In this document: piece by piece, positions 27,275-35,965 of the stretch | Layout of the letters: each line of letters starts with the position of its first letter | How positions within the stretch are numbered: the stretch's first letter is position 1 | The notes under the pieces: generated by a model | Databases searched by the model: none | The model's input: only the letters and a program-made list of their open reading frames with translations | Told to the model about the DNA's origin: nothing | Made by a program: the position numbers and the translations under genes | IMG/VR virus record: IMGVR_UViG_3300044491_000241 | Span: 1 to 55,042 of that record | Length of the DNA: 55,042 nt | Source: a virus | Taxonomy: Duplodnaviria; Caudoviricetes | Strand: one strand, 5' to 3'

Positions 27275-27918
27275 GGTAGCTTCTCAACAAAGCTAAGAAG
27301 GTTGTCGAAGACCTTTGTCTTCTTTCTTAACTTCTCCTTAGAGAACTTTGATAACTCTTCTTCAGTAACCACGCCATGTCCTGTACGCACTAGGATCGGG
27401 GTGGCACCAATTCTTTCAGCAGCTTTGAGGTCAGACATCTTGTCCCCTACATAGAAACCACCCTGTTTAAAACGGGCCTTTCCCTCAAAGATTTCTTTCT
27501 CTGCTCTTTGAAACATACCAATATTAGGTTTGGCATATATATCTTCTTTTAAGGAGGACTCAGAATAAAAGAGGCCATCAATCGTGTATATACCAGCCCT
27601 GCCAAATATCTCAAACATACGTTGATGCACAGATTCTACCTGCTCATGGGTTTGTAACCCCTTAATAATACCACCTTGGTTAGTAAGTATAACTACTTTG
27701 TACCCTTTAATACGTAGCTTATGAATGGCTGCTAAAGACTCAGGTATAATTTCAAAGTCTTCGGGGTCTGTGATGTAGTGTCCTTTGTCTACGTTGATAA
27801 CACCGTCACGATCTAACCCTACAATAGCTTTAGGAAAGACTGTAGGCCAATCTGGTGGTAACTCCTGCTGAGGTTGTTGACTTGGTTCTTGTGTGATAAT
27901 ATGCTTGAATCTAGACAT
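27271..27918 (-). CDS. gmhB: D,D-heptose 1,7-bisphosphate phosphatase (HAD family)
   Basis: LDRDGVIN, TNQGGI, KPNIGM, VGDKMSDLKAA, LVRTGHG motifs. Confidence 0.9.
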   Translation of the reverse strand: MSRFKHIITQEPSQQPQQELPPDWPTVFPKAIVGLDRDGVINVDKGHYITDPEDFEIIPESLAAIHKLRIKGYKVVILTNQGGIIKGLQTHEQVESVHQRMFEIFGRAGIYTIDGLFYSESSLKEDIYAKPNIGMFQRAEKEIFEGKARFKQGGFYVGDKMSDLKAAERIGATPILVRTGHGVVTEEELSKFSKEKLRKKTKVFDNLLSFVEKLP

Positions 27919-27935
27919 ACTAGGGTATTTACCTC

Positions 27936-28337
27936 ATGAAGAAAGTTTTTGTTAACGGTGCATTCGATGTGTTGCACTCTGGTCACCTAGATCTTCTTGA
28001 GTTTGCAGAGATGTTAGGCGGTCATTTGCTAGTAGCTATTGACACAGATAGGCGTATTGAGTATAACAAGGGTATCGGGAGACCTTTTAATTCTTTGTCA
28101 ATACGTAAACATATAATGTCTATGTTAAAGCCTGTCAATAGTGTCAAAGTATTTGATACAGACGAGGACTTAGTAGGTATTATAAAAGATTACCAGCCTG
28201 ACGTAATGGTAAAAGGATCTGACTGGAAGGGAAAGACAATACTTGGGGAGGAGTACTGCAAAGAAATAGTATTCTACGAGAGAACCAATGGTCAGTCCAC
28301 AACAAAAACAATTCAAGATTTTATTGATAGGCGATAG
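27936..28337 (+). CDS. hldC: Heptose-1-phosphate nucleotidyltransferase (RfaE domain II/HldC)
   Basis: NG.FDVLH.GH, KG..RP, PDV.VKG.DW, STT motifs. Confidence 0.85.
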   Translation: MKKVFVNGAFDVLHSGHLDLLEFAEMLGGHLLVAIDTDRRIEYNKGIGRPFNSLSIRKHIMSMLKPVNSVKVFDTDEDLVGIIKDYQPDVMVKGSDWKGKTILGEEYCKEIVFYERTNGQSTTKTIQDFIDRR

Positions 28338-29043
28338 TTGCTACGATGATTACCACTACGGCAGCATAAACAGAATAAGCCCAGAAGCTCCTGTCCCTGT
28401 CTTAGATATGGATAGAGTTGTTACAAAAAAGGGCATGACTTTTAATGTCTTTAATAACGTACTTGCTCTTGGTGCAGAAGCTCACATCATAACAGAGTTC
28501 AGTGAAAGAAAACACAGGTATCTTGACAGTAAGACTGGTCAGCAACTCCTTAGAGTAGACGAGAAGATTGATAAGAAGATTGTTGATACGGCAGAGGAAA
28601 ACCTTAACGATTACGATGTAGTCATTGTCTCAGACTATAACAAGGGTTTCTTCAACGAAGATGACATCACTGAAATTATAAGTAAGTATGATGGTCCCAT
28701 TTTTGTTGATACTAAGAAGAGAGATCTATCTATCTTTGATGGATGCTTTGTTAAGATTAATCAGTATGAGTACGAAGCCTCTGAAAGGCTGACAGAAGAA
28801 CTCATAGTCACCTACGGCTCAAAGAAAGTCGAGTACAAAAACAAGACCTACACCCCTCCTAAAGTGGGAGCCTACGATGTGTGTGGAGCAGGTGATACAT
28901 TTTTAGCTGCTCTTGCCTATAAGTACTGTGAAGAATATAATATGGATGAAGCTATAAAGTTTGCAATGGTTGCTGCTTCACTTACAGTACAACACATAGG
29001 TGTGTATGCACCCACACTAGAGGAAATACAAAATGCGGCTTGA
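28288..29043 (+). CDS. hldA: Heptose-7-phosphate kinase (RfaE domain I/HldA, PfkB family)
   Basis: IGD...D.Y..G...RISPEAPVPV, QQLLRVD, SDYNKG, DVCGAGDT. Confidence 0.9.
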   Translation: MVSPQQKQFKILLIGDSCYDDYHYGSINRISPEAPVPVLDMDRVVTKKGMTFNVFNNVLALGAEAHIITEFSERKHRYLDSKTGQQLLRVDEKIDKKIVDTAEENLNDYDVVIVSDYNKGFFNEDDITEIISKYDGPIFVDTKKRDLSIFDGCFVKINQYEYEASERLTEELIVTYGSKKVEYKNKTYTPPKVGAYDVCGAGDTFLAALAYKYCEEYNMDEAIKFAMVAASLTVQHIGVYAPTLEEIQNAA

Positions 29044-29386
29044 GGGCGTAGTGGAAAAGGGTTGGGGGTCTGAGTTGATCTGGGCAACCAACGACAAGTA
29101 TTGCGGTAAGTTCATGAACTTTAAGCAGGGTGCTAAGTTCTCAATGCACTTCCACAGAGAGAAAGATGAGACTTGGTTTGTTCTTACTGGTAAGTTCTTA
29201 GTAACTTGGATTGATACTGATGATGCAAGTGAGCACGTAGAAGAGCTTAACGAGGGTGACACTTGGCATAACCCACCTCTGGTTCCACACCGCATTACCT
29301 GCCTAGAAGAAGGAGTAGTTGTTGAAGTATCTACACCAGACTCTGTTGAGGATAACTATCGTGTAGCTAAGGGCGACAGCCAATAA
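29033..29386 (+). CDS. Cupin (sugar isomerase/epimerase-like)
   Basis: KGWG.E, SMHFH..KDETW and P...HR...E.ST cupin motifs. Confidence 0.8.
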   Translation: MRLEGVVEKGWGSELIWATNDKYCGKFMNFKQGAKFSMHFHREKDETWFVLTGKFLVTWIDTDDASEHVEELNEGDTWHNPPLVPHRITCLEEGVVVEVSTPDSVEDNYRVAKGDSQ

Positions 29387-30156
29387 TGAAGATTTTAGTT
29401 ACTGGTGCAAGTGGGTTCATTGGTCAGAACATGGTCACTGGACTCAGAGAAGAGCACGAAGTTATACCTCATGAGTGGGGTCAGACGATCTCTAAGGTAA
29501 ATGAGGTAGATTGGGTTGTACACTTAGGTGCCATAAGTTCTACTGTAGAACAAAATATAAGTAAGATATATAAGCAAAACCTAGACTTCTCTATTAATCT
29601 CTATGAGGAGTGTATAAAGAACAACGTAAATTTTCAGTTTGCTAGTAGTGCTTCTGTGTACGGGTTGAAGTCATCCTTCAAGGAGAGTGATCCTCTTGAT
29701 CCCCAGAACCACTACGCTCGTAGCAAGGCGATGTTTGAGAAATACGTAGAGCTAAGAAAAGCTCCTATTATTACTCAGACGTTTCGATACTTCAACGTGT
29801 ATGGGCCACACGAAGACCACAAAGGCGGTCAGGCAAGCCCTCATACTCAATTTACTAAACAGGCTAAGGAGACTGGTCTTATAAAACTCTTTGAGGGATC
29901 AGAGAAATATAAGAGAGACTTCATAAACGTAGCTCAGATTGTAGACCACCACAAACGTTTCTTTTCTGTAGAGGAGTCAGGTGTCTGGAACATGGGTACG
30001 GGTGTAGCTAAAAGCTTTTATGACGTGGCTAAAGAGATAGCCCGATACCATGCAGCTAAACTAGAGTACATCAAAATGCCACAGGTCTTAAAAAATAACT
30101 ACCAAGAATTTACACAAGCAAACACGTATAAGCTTCGTAAGACTTTATTGCTATAA
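29386..30156 (+). CDS. hldD: ADP-L-glycero-D-manno-heptose 6-epimerase-like SDR
   Basis: TGASGFIG, HLGAISST, ASSASVYG, YARSK, RYFNVYGP.E.HKG, RDFI. Confidence 0.85.
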   Translation: MKILVTGASGFIGQNMVTGLREEHEVIPHEWGQTISKVNEVDWVVHLGAISSTVEQNISKIYKQNLDFSINLYEECIKNNVNFQFASSASVYGLKSSFKESDPLDPQNHYARSKAMFEKYVELRKAPIITQTFRYFNVYGPHEDHKGGQASPHTQFTKQAKETGLIKLFEGSEKYKRDFINVAQIVDHHKRFFSVEESGVWNMGTGVAKSFYDVAKEIARYHAAKLEYIKMPQVLKNNYQEFTQANTYKLRKTLLL

Positions 30157-30170
30157 GGTAACAGATAAAC

Positions 30171-33100
30171 ATGGCACTAATCGTAGAAAAAGAAAATCCA
30201 CCAGCAGGTACTAACTATAAAGTTGGTGATAATGCAGAGCTTGATGCAGCAATTCAGGCTGGTGAAGCTCCTGGTATCACTGTAGGGGCTGACGGATACT
30301 ATATTAAAGAAGACGGTGGTCGTATTGAGTCTGCGGGTGGTACAATTAAGGTTGTTGATCTATCGAGTGCTACTGCAGAGGATATGGCTAATATCGCCAA
30401 ACTTGCAGAAGCTCATTTCCTTGCACAGACTACGGGTGTTTCAGGCTCAGTTCTGAATGCTGCAAAAGAAGCCGTTGGTATTGACCCTAACGATTACTCA
30501 CAAGATGCCCTGTACTATAAACTCTTAGACGAGTCTGGGTATGACTCAGGTGACCCCAGTAAAACTTTTAACAAGAATGGGTACACAGGTACTGACCCTG
30601 CTGTAAATATTCTACGGGATCGTCTTGACCAACGGCCTACAGACGAAGAGTTAGAAGCTGCGGGACTAGACCCTTCAGAGTATACTGTAGTTAATAATAA
30701 CGCAGCTAACGCATTCTACCTAGAGCAGGAACTAACTAAGCAAGGTTTAGGTTACTCATCTACGAATGCTGTTAGAGCCTCTACCAGAGGGTATTTAGGT
30801 CGTGATAACGATACAATGCAGCAAGTCAGAGACTCTCAAGATGCTTTGATGCTTAAGACAAAAGGTGAAGGTAACTTCAGAACGTCTGACAAAGAGTTAG
30901 ATATGCTTGAGTGGGATCTTATTAAGAAGAAGAAAACTGGAGTAGACACTACAGGAGGAACGACGGCTACAGTAACAGGGGCTAACTTTACTGGACAAGG
31001 GCAAGGCCAGATTACAGGTGGTGCAACAGGTACGATTACTCCTCCCTCCTATTCAAGTACACCCACAATTGGTGTTGTAACCCCTACCTATGGTGCAGGT
31101 CAGACAGGAACCAGTGAGACAACTATCCCCACCTATGAGGATGGTCTGAAGAAGCAAGCCACTCAGTTTCAGAATAGAGCCACATGCCAAGCAACCTTCT
31201 ATCAACCTCAAACACTAGCAGAGCAAGAAGCTGCAGGAACAGTATCAGCCTTTGAGAACGTACTGTACCGTAACAGGTTTGGTATGAGCATGTATGTGCA
31301 ACACATTAATGGTGTACCCTCTCAGCCGATCCCACCAGGATACTTTAAAGTACAGCAGTTCACTACTCAGGACCAAACACAAGGTGCTGCTGCAGGTGCT
31401 CAAGGCAAGAACCAAGGTGGTATGATCCAAGGGCTTATGGGTGGTGGTGTTGTATCACCCTTTACTGATGACGATAGAAAGAAGTTCAGAATCTTCTACC
31501 CAAATGGGACTTACTCAAGTACATCTTATAACACAGAAGCACAAGCACAAGCTGCGATAGACCAACAAAACGCAGCAGCTGGTTGGAATGGCTCAGGAGG
31601 TTCTGGCTCAGGTTCTAATCCGTATGCTGACGCTACGGTAAACCCAGCCTTAAATTATACGCCTGGTGGTCGAGTTACTGCTCAGTCTGACGGAACATTT
31701 GTACTTACTTACCCAGATGGTACTACGTCCCAAGCCTACAGTACTTCTGAAGAAGCACAGCAAGCCGATAACCTAGGAAAGGCTAGCAAAGGTATTCTAA
31801 CCTTTGATGAGTATAGTCAGTCTCAAGGGTACAACCCAGACCTACCTGGTTATGACCAAATTTCTGTGGAGAACCTGTACAACACATACGTTACAGACAC
31901 TTACTCTTCACAAGAGGCTGCAGATGCTGCAGCAAAAGCCCCACCTCCAGAGGCAGATGTAAATACAGATTTTGTTTCTGGGGAAACACAAGTATCCAAA
32001 GAAGACTTAGGTCAGTACCAAGCTAACCTAAATGCTCAAGTATACGCTAACCCTGCTGGTGCTGTAGCTGCTGCTCCTGTGTCATACATTGACCCTAATA
32101 CCCCAGGCTCAGTCATTGAATCTACTGCAGGTCGGGCTCAGGATACTGCACCTATGGTTGAGAGTGATCAAGTGGCTCAGATTAGTGCAGCTACTACAGC
32201 CGACACACCTCAGAAGATTGGTGCTTCTCAAGTAGACCCTAACTATGTATTCTCTGACGTACAGAACGCTACGGCAGGGATGACTGCAGCACAAAGTACT
32301 GGTCCTACCCAGACTATTGATGCCGCACAACAGACAGATACTTCACTCTCTGGACTCACATCTGCTACTGGTGACTCTGTAGATGTTACTGGTGCCCCAA
32401 CTCGTACACTAGAAACTATAGATGGTCAAAGTGAGTTAATTACTGGAACTGGGGTAGATCAGTCTAAAGTACTTAGTGCTTTTGGAGAGGGCGAGATTAA
32501 AGCTGCATCTGTTCAGGACGAACTAACTGGTCTGATGCGACAGTTTGAGGGTGGCGAAACACCAGCTTGGGCTGCAGGTTCTATGAGGTCAGCTATGGCT
32601 ACCCTTGCTGCTAGGGGGCTAGGTGCTTCAAGCATGGCAGGACAAGCAGTAATACAAGCTGCTATGGAATCCGCTCTTCCTATTGCCCAGATTGATGCTG
32701 GTAACAAGCAACAGATGGCTCTGTTTAAAGGGGAGCAGAGAGCTAAGTTCTTACAGATGGACTTCGATCAAGCATTCCAAGCTAAGGTTATGAATGCTGC
32801 GAAGGTATCTGAGATTGCTAACATGAACTTCACTGCTGAACAGCAGATTGCTTTGGAAAACTCTAGGGCTGCTAACACCATGCAGCTACAGAACCTCAAT
32901 AACTCTCAGGCGTTGATTATGGCTGAGGCTGCTGCCTTGTCACAGATGGATACGCAGAACCTGAACAACAGGCAACAGGCTAATGTTCAGAATGCTCAGA
33001 ACTTTTTGCAAATAGACATGGCTAACCTATCTAATGAGCAGCAGACTGCACTCTTCAAGCAACAGTCCCTAGTCAACAGTCTGCTTACAGATCAGGCTGC

Positions 33101-33632
33101 GGCTAATGCTGCACTACAGTTCAATGCTAGCTCTGAGAACCAGACCAACCAGTTCTTCGCAAATCTTTCTTCTTCAGTAAATCAGTTCAATTCTGCACAG
33201 ATGAATGCCATGAAGCAGTTTAACGCTGACGAAGTTAACTCTCTTCTAGAGTTTAACGCAGGTATGCAGAACCAAAGAGAAATGTTTAACGCACAGAACT
33301 ACCTTGTTGTAGCCCAAGCTAACGCTCAGTGGAGACAGAACTTATCTACTATTAACACTGCTACTGCTAACGAAAGCAATATGGCATACACTCAGGCTGT
33401 CAACGGTTTGACCATGACATCCTTAGATGAGATATGGCAGAGAGAAAGGGACATTCTTTCTATGGCCTTTCAAATATCAGAGAACAATGCTAACAGAGCT
33501 AATGAAATTGTACTTCAAAAACTTTCCGCTGATGCTGGAACAGATGCTGCAAAACTACAGGCAGAGATCGAGGCTTCTTCGGGGGCAGGGGATTTTGTAA
33601 AAGAAGTATTCTTAAAAATTATAGGAATTTAA
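30171..33632 (+). CDS. Large internal virion/ejection protein
   Basis: Gln/Asn/Ala helical C-terminal half; P.WA.G..R.A....RGL.ASSMAG motif; position. Confidence 0.65.
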   Translation: MALIVEKENPPAGTNYKVGDNAELDAAIQAGEAPGITVGADGYYIKEDGGRIESAGGTIKVVDLSSATAEDMANIAKLAEAHFLAQTTGVSGSVLNAAKEAVGIDPNDYSQDALYYKLLDESGYDSGDPSKTFNKNGYTGTDPAVNILRDRLDQRPTDEELEAAGLDPSEYTVVNNNAANAFYLEQELTKQGLGYSSTNAVRASTRGYLGRDNDTMQQVRDSQDALMLKTKGEGNFRTSDKELDMLEWDLIKKKKTGVDTTGGTTATVTGANFTGQGQGQITGGATGTITPPSYSSTPTIGVVTPTYGAGQTGTSETTIPTYEDGLKKQATQFQNRATCQATFYQPQTLAEQEAAGTVSAFENVLYRNRFGMSMYVQHINGVPSQPIPPGYFKVQQFTTQDQTQGAAAGAQGKNQGGMIQGLMGGGVVSPFTDDDRKKFRIFYPNGTYSSTSYNTEAQAQAAIDQQNAAAGWNGSGGSGSGSNPYADATVNPALNYTPGGRVTAQSDGTFVLTYPDGTTSQAYSTSEEAQQADNLGKASKGILTFDEYSQSQGYNPDLPGYDQISVENLYNTYVTDTYSSQEAADAAAKAPPPEADVNTDFVSGETQVSKEDLGQYQANLNAQVYANPAGAVAAAPVSYIDPNTPGSVIESTAGRAQDTAPMVESDQVAQISAATTADTPQKIGASQVDPNYVFSDVQNATAGMTAAQSTGPTQTIDAAQQTDTSLSGLTSATGDSVDVTGAPTRTLETIDGQSELITGTGVDQSKVLSAFGEGEIKAASVQDELTGLMRQFEGGETPAWAAGSMRSAMATLAARGLGASSMAGQAVIQAAMESALPIAQIDAGNKQQMALFKGEQRAKFLQMDFDQAFQAKVMNAAKVSEIANMNFTAEQQIALENSRAANTMQLQNLNNSQALIMAEAAALSQMDTQNLNNRQQANVQNAQNFLQIDMANLSNEQQTALFKQQSLVNSLLTDQAAANAALQFNASSENQTNQFFANLSSSVNQFNSAQMNAMKQFNADEVNSLLEFNAGMQNQREMFNAQNYLVVAQANAQWRQNLSTINTATANESNMAYTQAVNGLTMTSLDEIWQRERDILSMAFQISENNANRANEIVLQKLSADAGTDAAKLQAEIEASSGAGDFVKEVFLKIIGI

Positions 33633-33633
33633 T

Positions 33634-34446
33634 ATGTCACTAGATGCAAGACAAGAGCGGCAAAGACGATCTGTTTTTAATTCTGCTTTAGAAAACTGGA
33701 GATTAAACTCAGATCAGAAAGCTCAGGAGAGTATTAAGCGGGGGCGTGGAATTGTAAGTGATACAAGACTATCTCAGAATGATGCCTCAAGAAGAGTTCA
33801 GTCTTCCATGCGTCAAAAACAGGTAAGTAGTGCTGCCCCAGACAATGACCCTAATAAAGAAATAGCCGCCTTCCTTGGAAGCTGGTCTTCAATCATTGAT
33901 GAGGAGTTTGGTGGGGAGCCATTCGCAGAGGATGAAGAGAGACCAAACCTAGGAGAAGATTCAAAATCAACTAAACCTCCAAGGGTAACTCAACGTGAAG
34001 CAGACGATGGTATGTTTATGCCCTTTGATCTTGAAGAAGATATGGATAACGCATTGACTGCCCTTGGAACAATCGAAAGCTCTAAGGACTATAGTGCTCT
34101 TGGTCCTGTTATAACTATTGAAGATAGTATGTACTACGGAGACAGGGCACATGGATACTATCAAGTTATGGGTAATAATATTGGGCCTTGGACAAAGAAA
34201 TACCTTGGGAAAGAAATGACTAAGGAAGATTTCCTTTCAGATACAGAAGCACAAGACAAACTTGCTAAAACTTTTTTAACTGAAGAGTATAAGAAGCATG
34301 GAACTATCGAGGATGCAATCTCTGTATGGTTTACTGGTAGCCCTTTAGCTAAGGCTAAAAAGAGGGGTGCAGCGGATCAGAACATATCGGTCAACGAGTA
34401 CGTTGAAAGATGGAGACAGGGCTACGTTAAGCTATTAGAAGGTTAA
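33634..34446 (+). CDS. Internal virion protein with lysozyme/lytic transglycosylase-like domain
   Basis: IESS..Y...GP, A.G.YQVM..N...W, WF.G and V..YV motifs. Confidence 0.7.
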   Translation: MSLDARQERQRRSVFNSALENWRLNSDQKAQESIKRGRGIVSDTRLSQNDASRRVQSSMRQKQVSSAAPDNDPNKEIAAFLGSWSSIIDEEFGGEPFAEDEERPNLGEDSKSTKPPRVTQREADDGMFMPFDLEEDMDNALTALGTIESSKDYSALGPVITIEDSMYYGDRAHGYYQVMGNNIGPWTKKYLGKEMTKEDFLSDTEAQDKLAKTFLTEEYKKHGTIEDAISVWFTGSPLAKAKKRGAADQNISVNEYVERWRQGYVKLLEG

Positions 34447-34450
34447 ACTA

Positions 34451-34996
34451 ATGTCAGCAATGAACAGACCAATACCAGGACAGTCCCTTACGGACGAGCC
34501 GAAGAACTACGCTTGGGAAAGACCTCCAGAAATTACAGACCCAAATGAGGCTGTGAAGTACCACCTCGAAAGAGTTGCTGACCCAGAGGTTATAGACAAC
34601 GTGTTCTATGCCTTGGACATGGGTATGCCTGTTAAGACTCTGACAGATTCTATGATGACTGGGGCTTATGCAAAAGGTATTCACAATATAGATATTGGTC
34701 TTCTTGTAGAGCCTTTAGTGCGTAGGGCTGTTATGAAAATTGCAGACAGAGCTAAGGTTCCATACAAAGAAACCTTTGACGAAGAAGGTTCAAGCGTAGA
34801 AGAACGTGCTGCTAGAATGGTAAAGATTGTGGAGTCTACTCCAGAAGAGGATCGTGATGCTGGTTACGATTTCTTATCTGAGGTTAGCTCTAATGTTAAA
34901 GAAACACCTTCTCCTGATTTAGAGATGAGTGAAGAACCTGAAATGTCAGAGGACACAATGGTTGAACAGAAACCTAAAGGTTTGATGGCGAGGTAG
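34451..34996 (+). CDS. Internal virion protein
   Basis: PIPGQSLT.EP....WERPP start; KPKGLMAR end. Confidence 0.7.
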   Translation: MSAMNRPIPGQSLTDEPKNYAWERPPEITDPNEAVKYHLERVADPEVIDNVFYALDMGMPVKTLTDSMMTGAYAKGIHNIDIGLLVEPLVRRAVMKIADRAKVPYKETFDEEGSSVEERAARMVKIVESTPEEDRDAGYDFLSEVSSNVKETPSPDLEMSEEPEMSEDTMVEQKPKGLMAR

Positions 34997-35000
34997 TACT

Positions 35001-35963
35001 ATGGGATTTTTTGGTAAAATTGCGTTAGGGTCTGCTCTTGGTGGTCTTGCTGCTGACATGAAAGAGAATAGGCAGTACGCAAAAGATAAGTCCGAAAGGG
35101 TGCAGGACTACCTGTACCAACGTGGCTTGGAGAGAAGGCAAGAAGTTAATAAAACTCGTAATGCCTTACAGAATTCAGTTGAGTACCTGCAGTCTAAGGA
35201 CATGGACAGCAGATCTCTTAATGCCCTGTTGATGCAAAACCCAAAGGAAGTTCTTAGGCTTGCTCAAGCCGCTCAAGAGGCTGAACAGGAAGGAAGACTT
35301 ACTAAGTCTATTCTTAATCAAGCTGTCGAGGTTGCTTCAGACTTTGATGACCAAGGTCTTACTGCTTCTGAATTAATAAAGAGAGCAACTCCAGACTTCG
35401 TGTCAGGAGCAGCCTTAAAGAAACCAGAAGAAGTAGAACGAAACGCTATGCAAAAATTGTTTGGCAGAAAATCTTCCCAAGATATTCTTTACGATGTTTA
35501 CTCTGAAAGTTTGTTTGGAGATAAAACTACTGGCGCTGACGTGGCTGCGAGTATCTCTGCCCCTACAATTAAAGGGCGTAAGGAGGGGCCAAACGATGTG
35601 TCTGTAGACCTTGGTGTTCTGGCTGAAAATGAAACCTATGACAGCGCATACAAAATTAATGCGGCAAAGGATATTAAAGATAATTATGATAGGTTTCTTA
35701 CAGAAGAAACAAAAAGGATAGCTGACGAGATTGAGGCTGAAGAAGATCAAACAGCTAAAAATATTTTGCTGGCTCAACAAGCAGAACTAACAAGAATTAA
35801 CAATATAGAAAACGCCGCAACTAGGTACTATGAGTTAATGAAGGCCAACCCAAGTATTGTAGAAAACATTATGGTTCCTGGTTACCTGGTAGTTCTTTCT
35901 GATCCAGATTATTTTAAAGATGGTACTGCAGATCTTTTCACAAGTTCTGATGAGGATGAATAA
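35001..35963 (+). CDS. Internal virion protein (putative)
   Basis: Gly-rich amphipathic N-terminus, helical body, position. Confidence 0.6.
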   Translation: MGFFGKIALGSALGGLAADMKENRQYAKDKSERVQDYLYQRGLERRQEVNKTRNALQNSVEYLQSKDMDSRSLNALLMQNPKEVLRLAQAAQEAEQEGRLTKSILNQAVEVASDFDDQGLTASELIKRATPDFVSGAALKKPEEVERNAMQKLFGRKSSQDILYDVYSESLFGDKTTGADVAASISAPTIKGRKEGPNDVSVDLGVLAENETYDSAYKINAAKDIKDNYDRFLTEETKRIADEIEAEEDQTAKNILLAQQAELTRINNIENAATRYYELMKANPSIVENIMVPGYLVVLSDPDYFKDGTADLFTSSDEDE

Positions 35964-35965
35964 GG

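Noticed and set aside
24631-30156. Cassette as a DNA hypermodification system
   Set aside because: Not favoured, though not excluded: it lies among tail genes, and no base hydroxymethylase or similar handle-forming enzyme was recognised.
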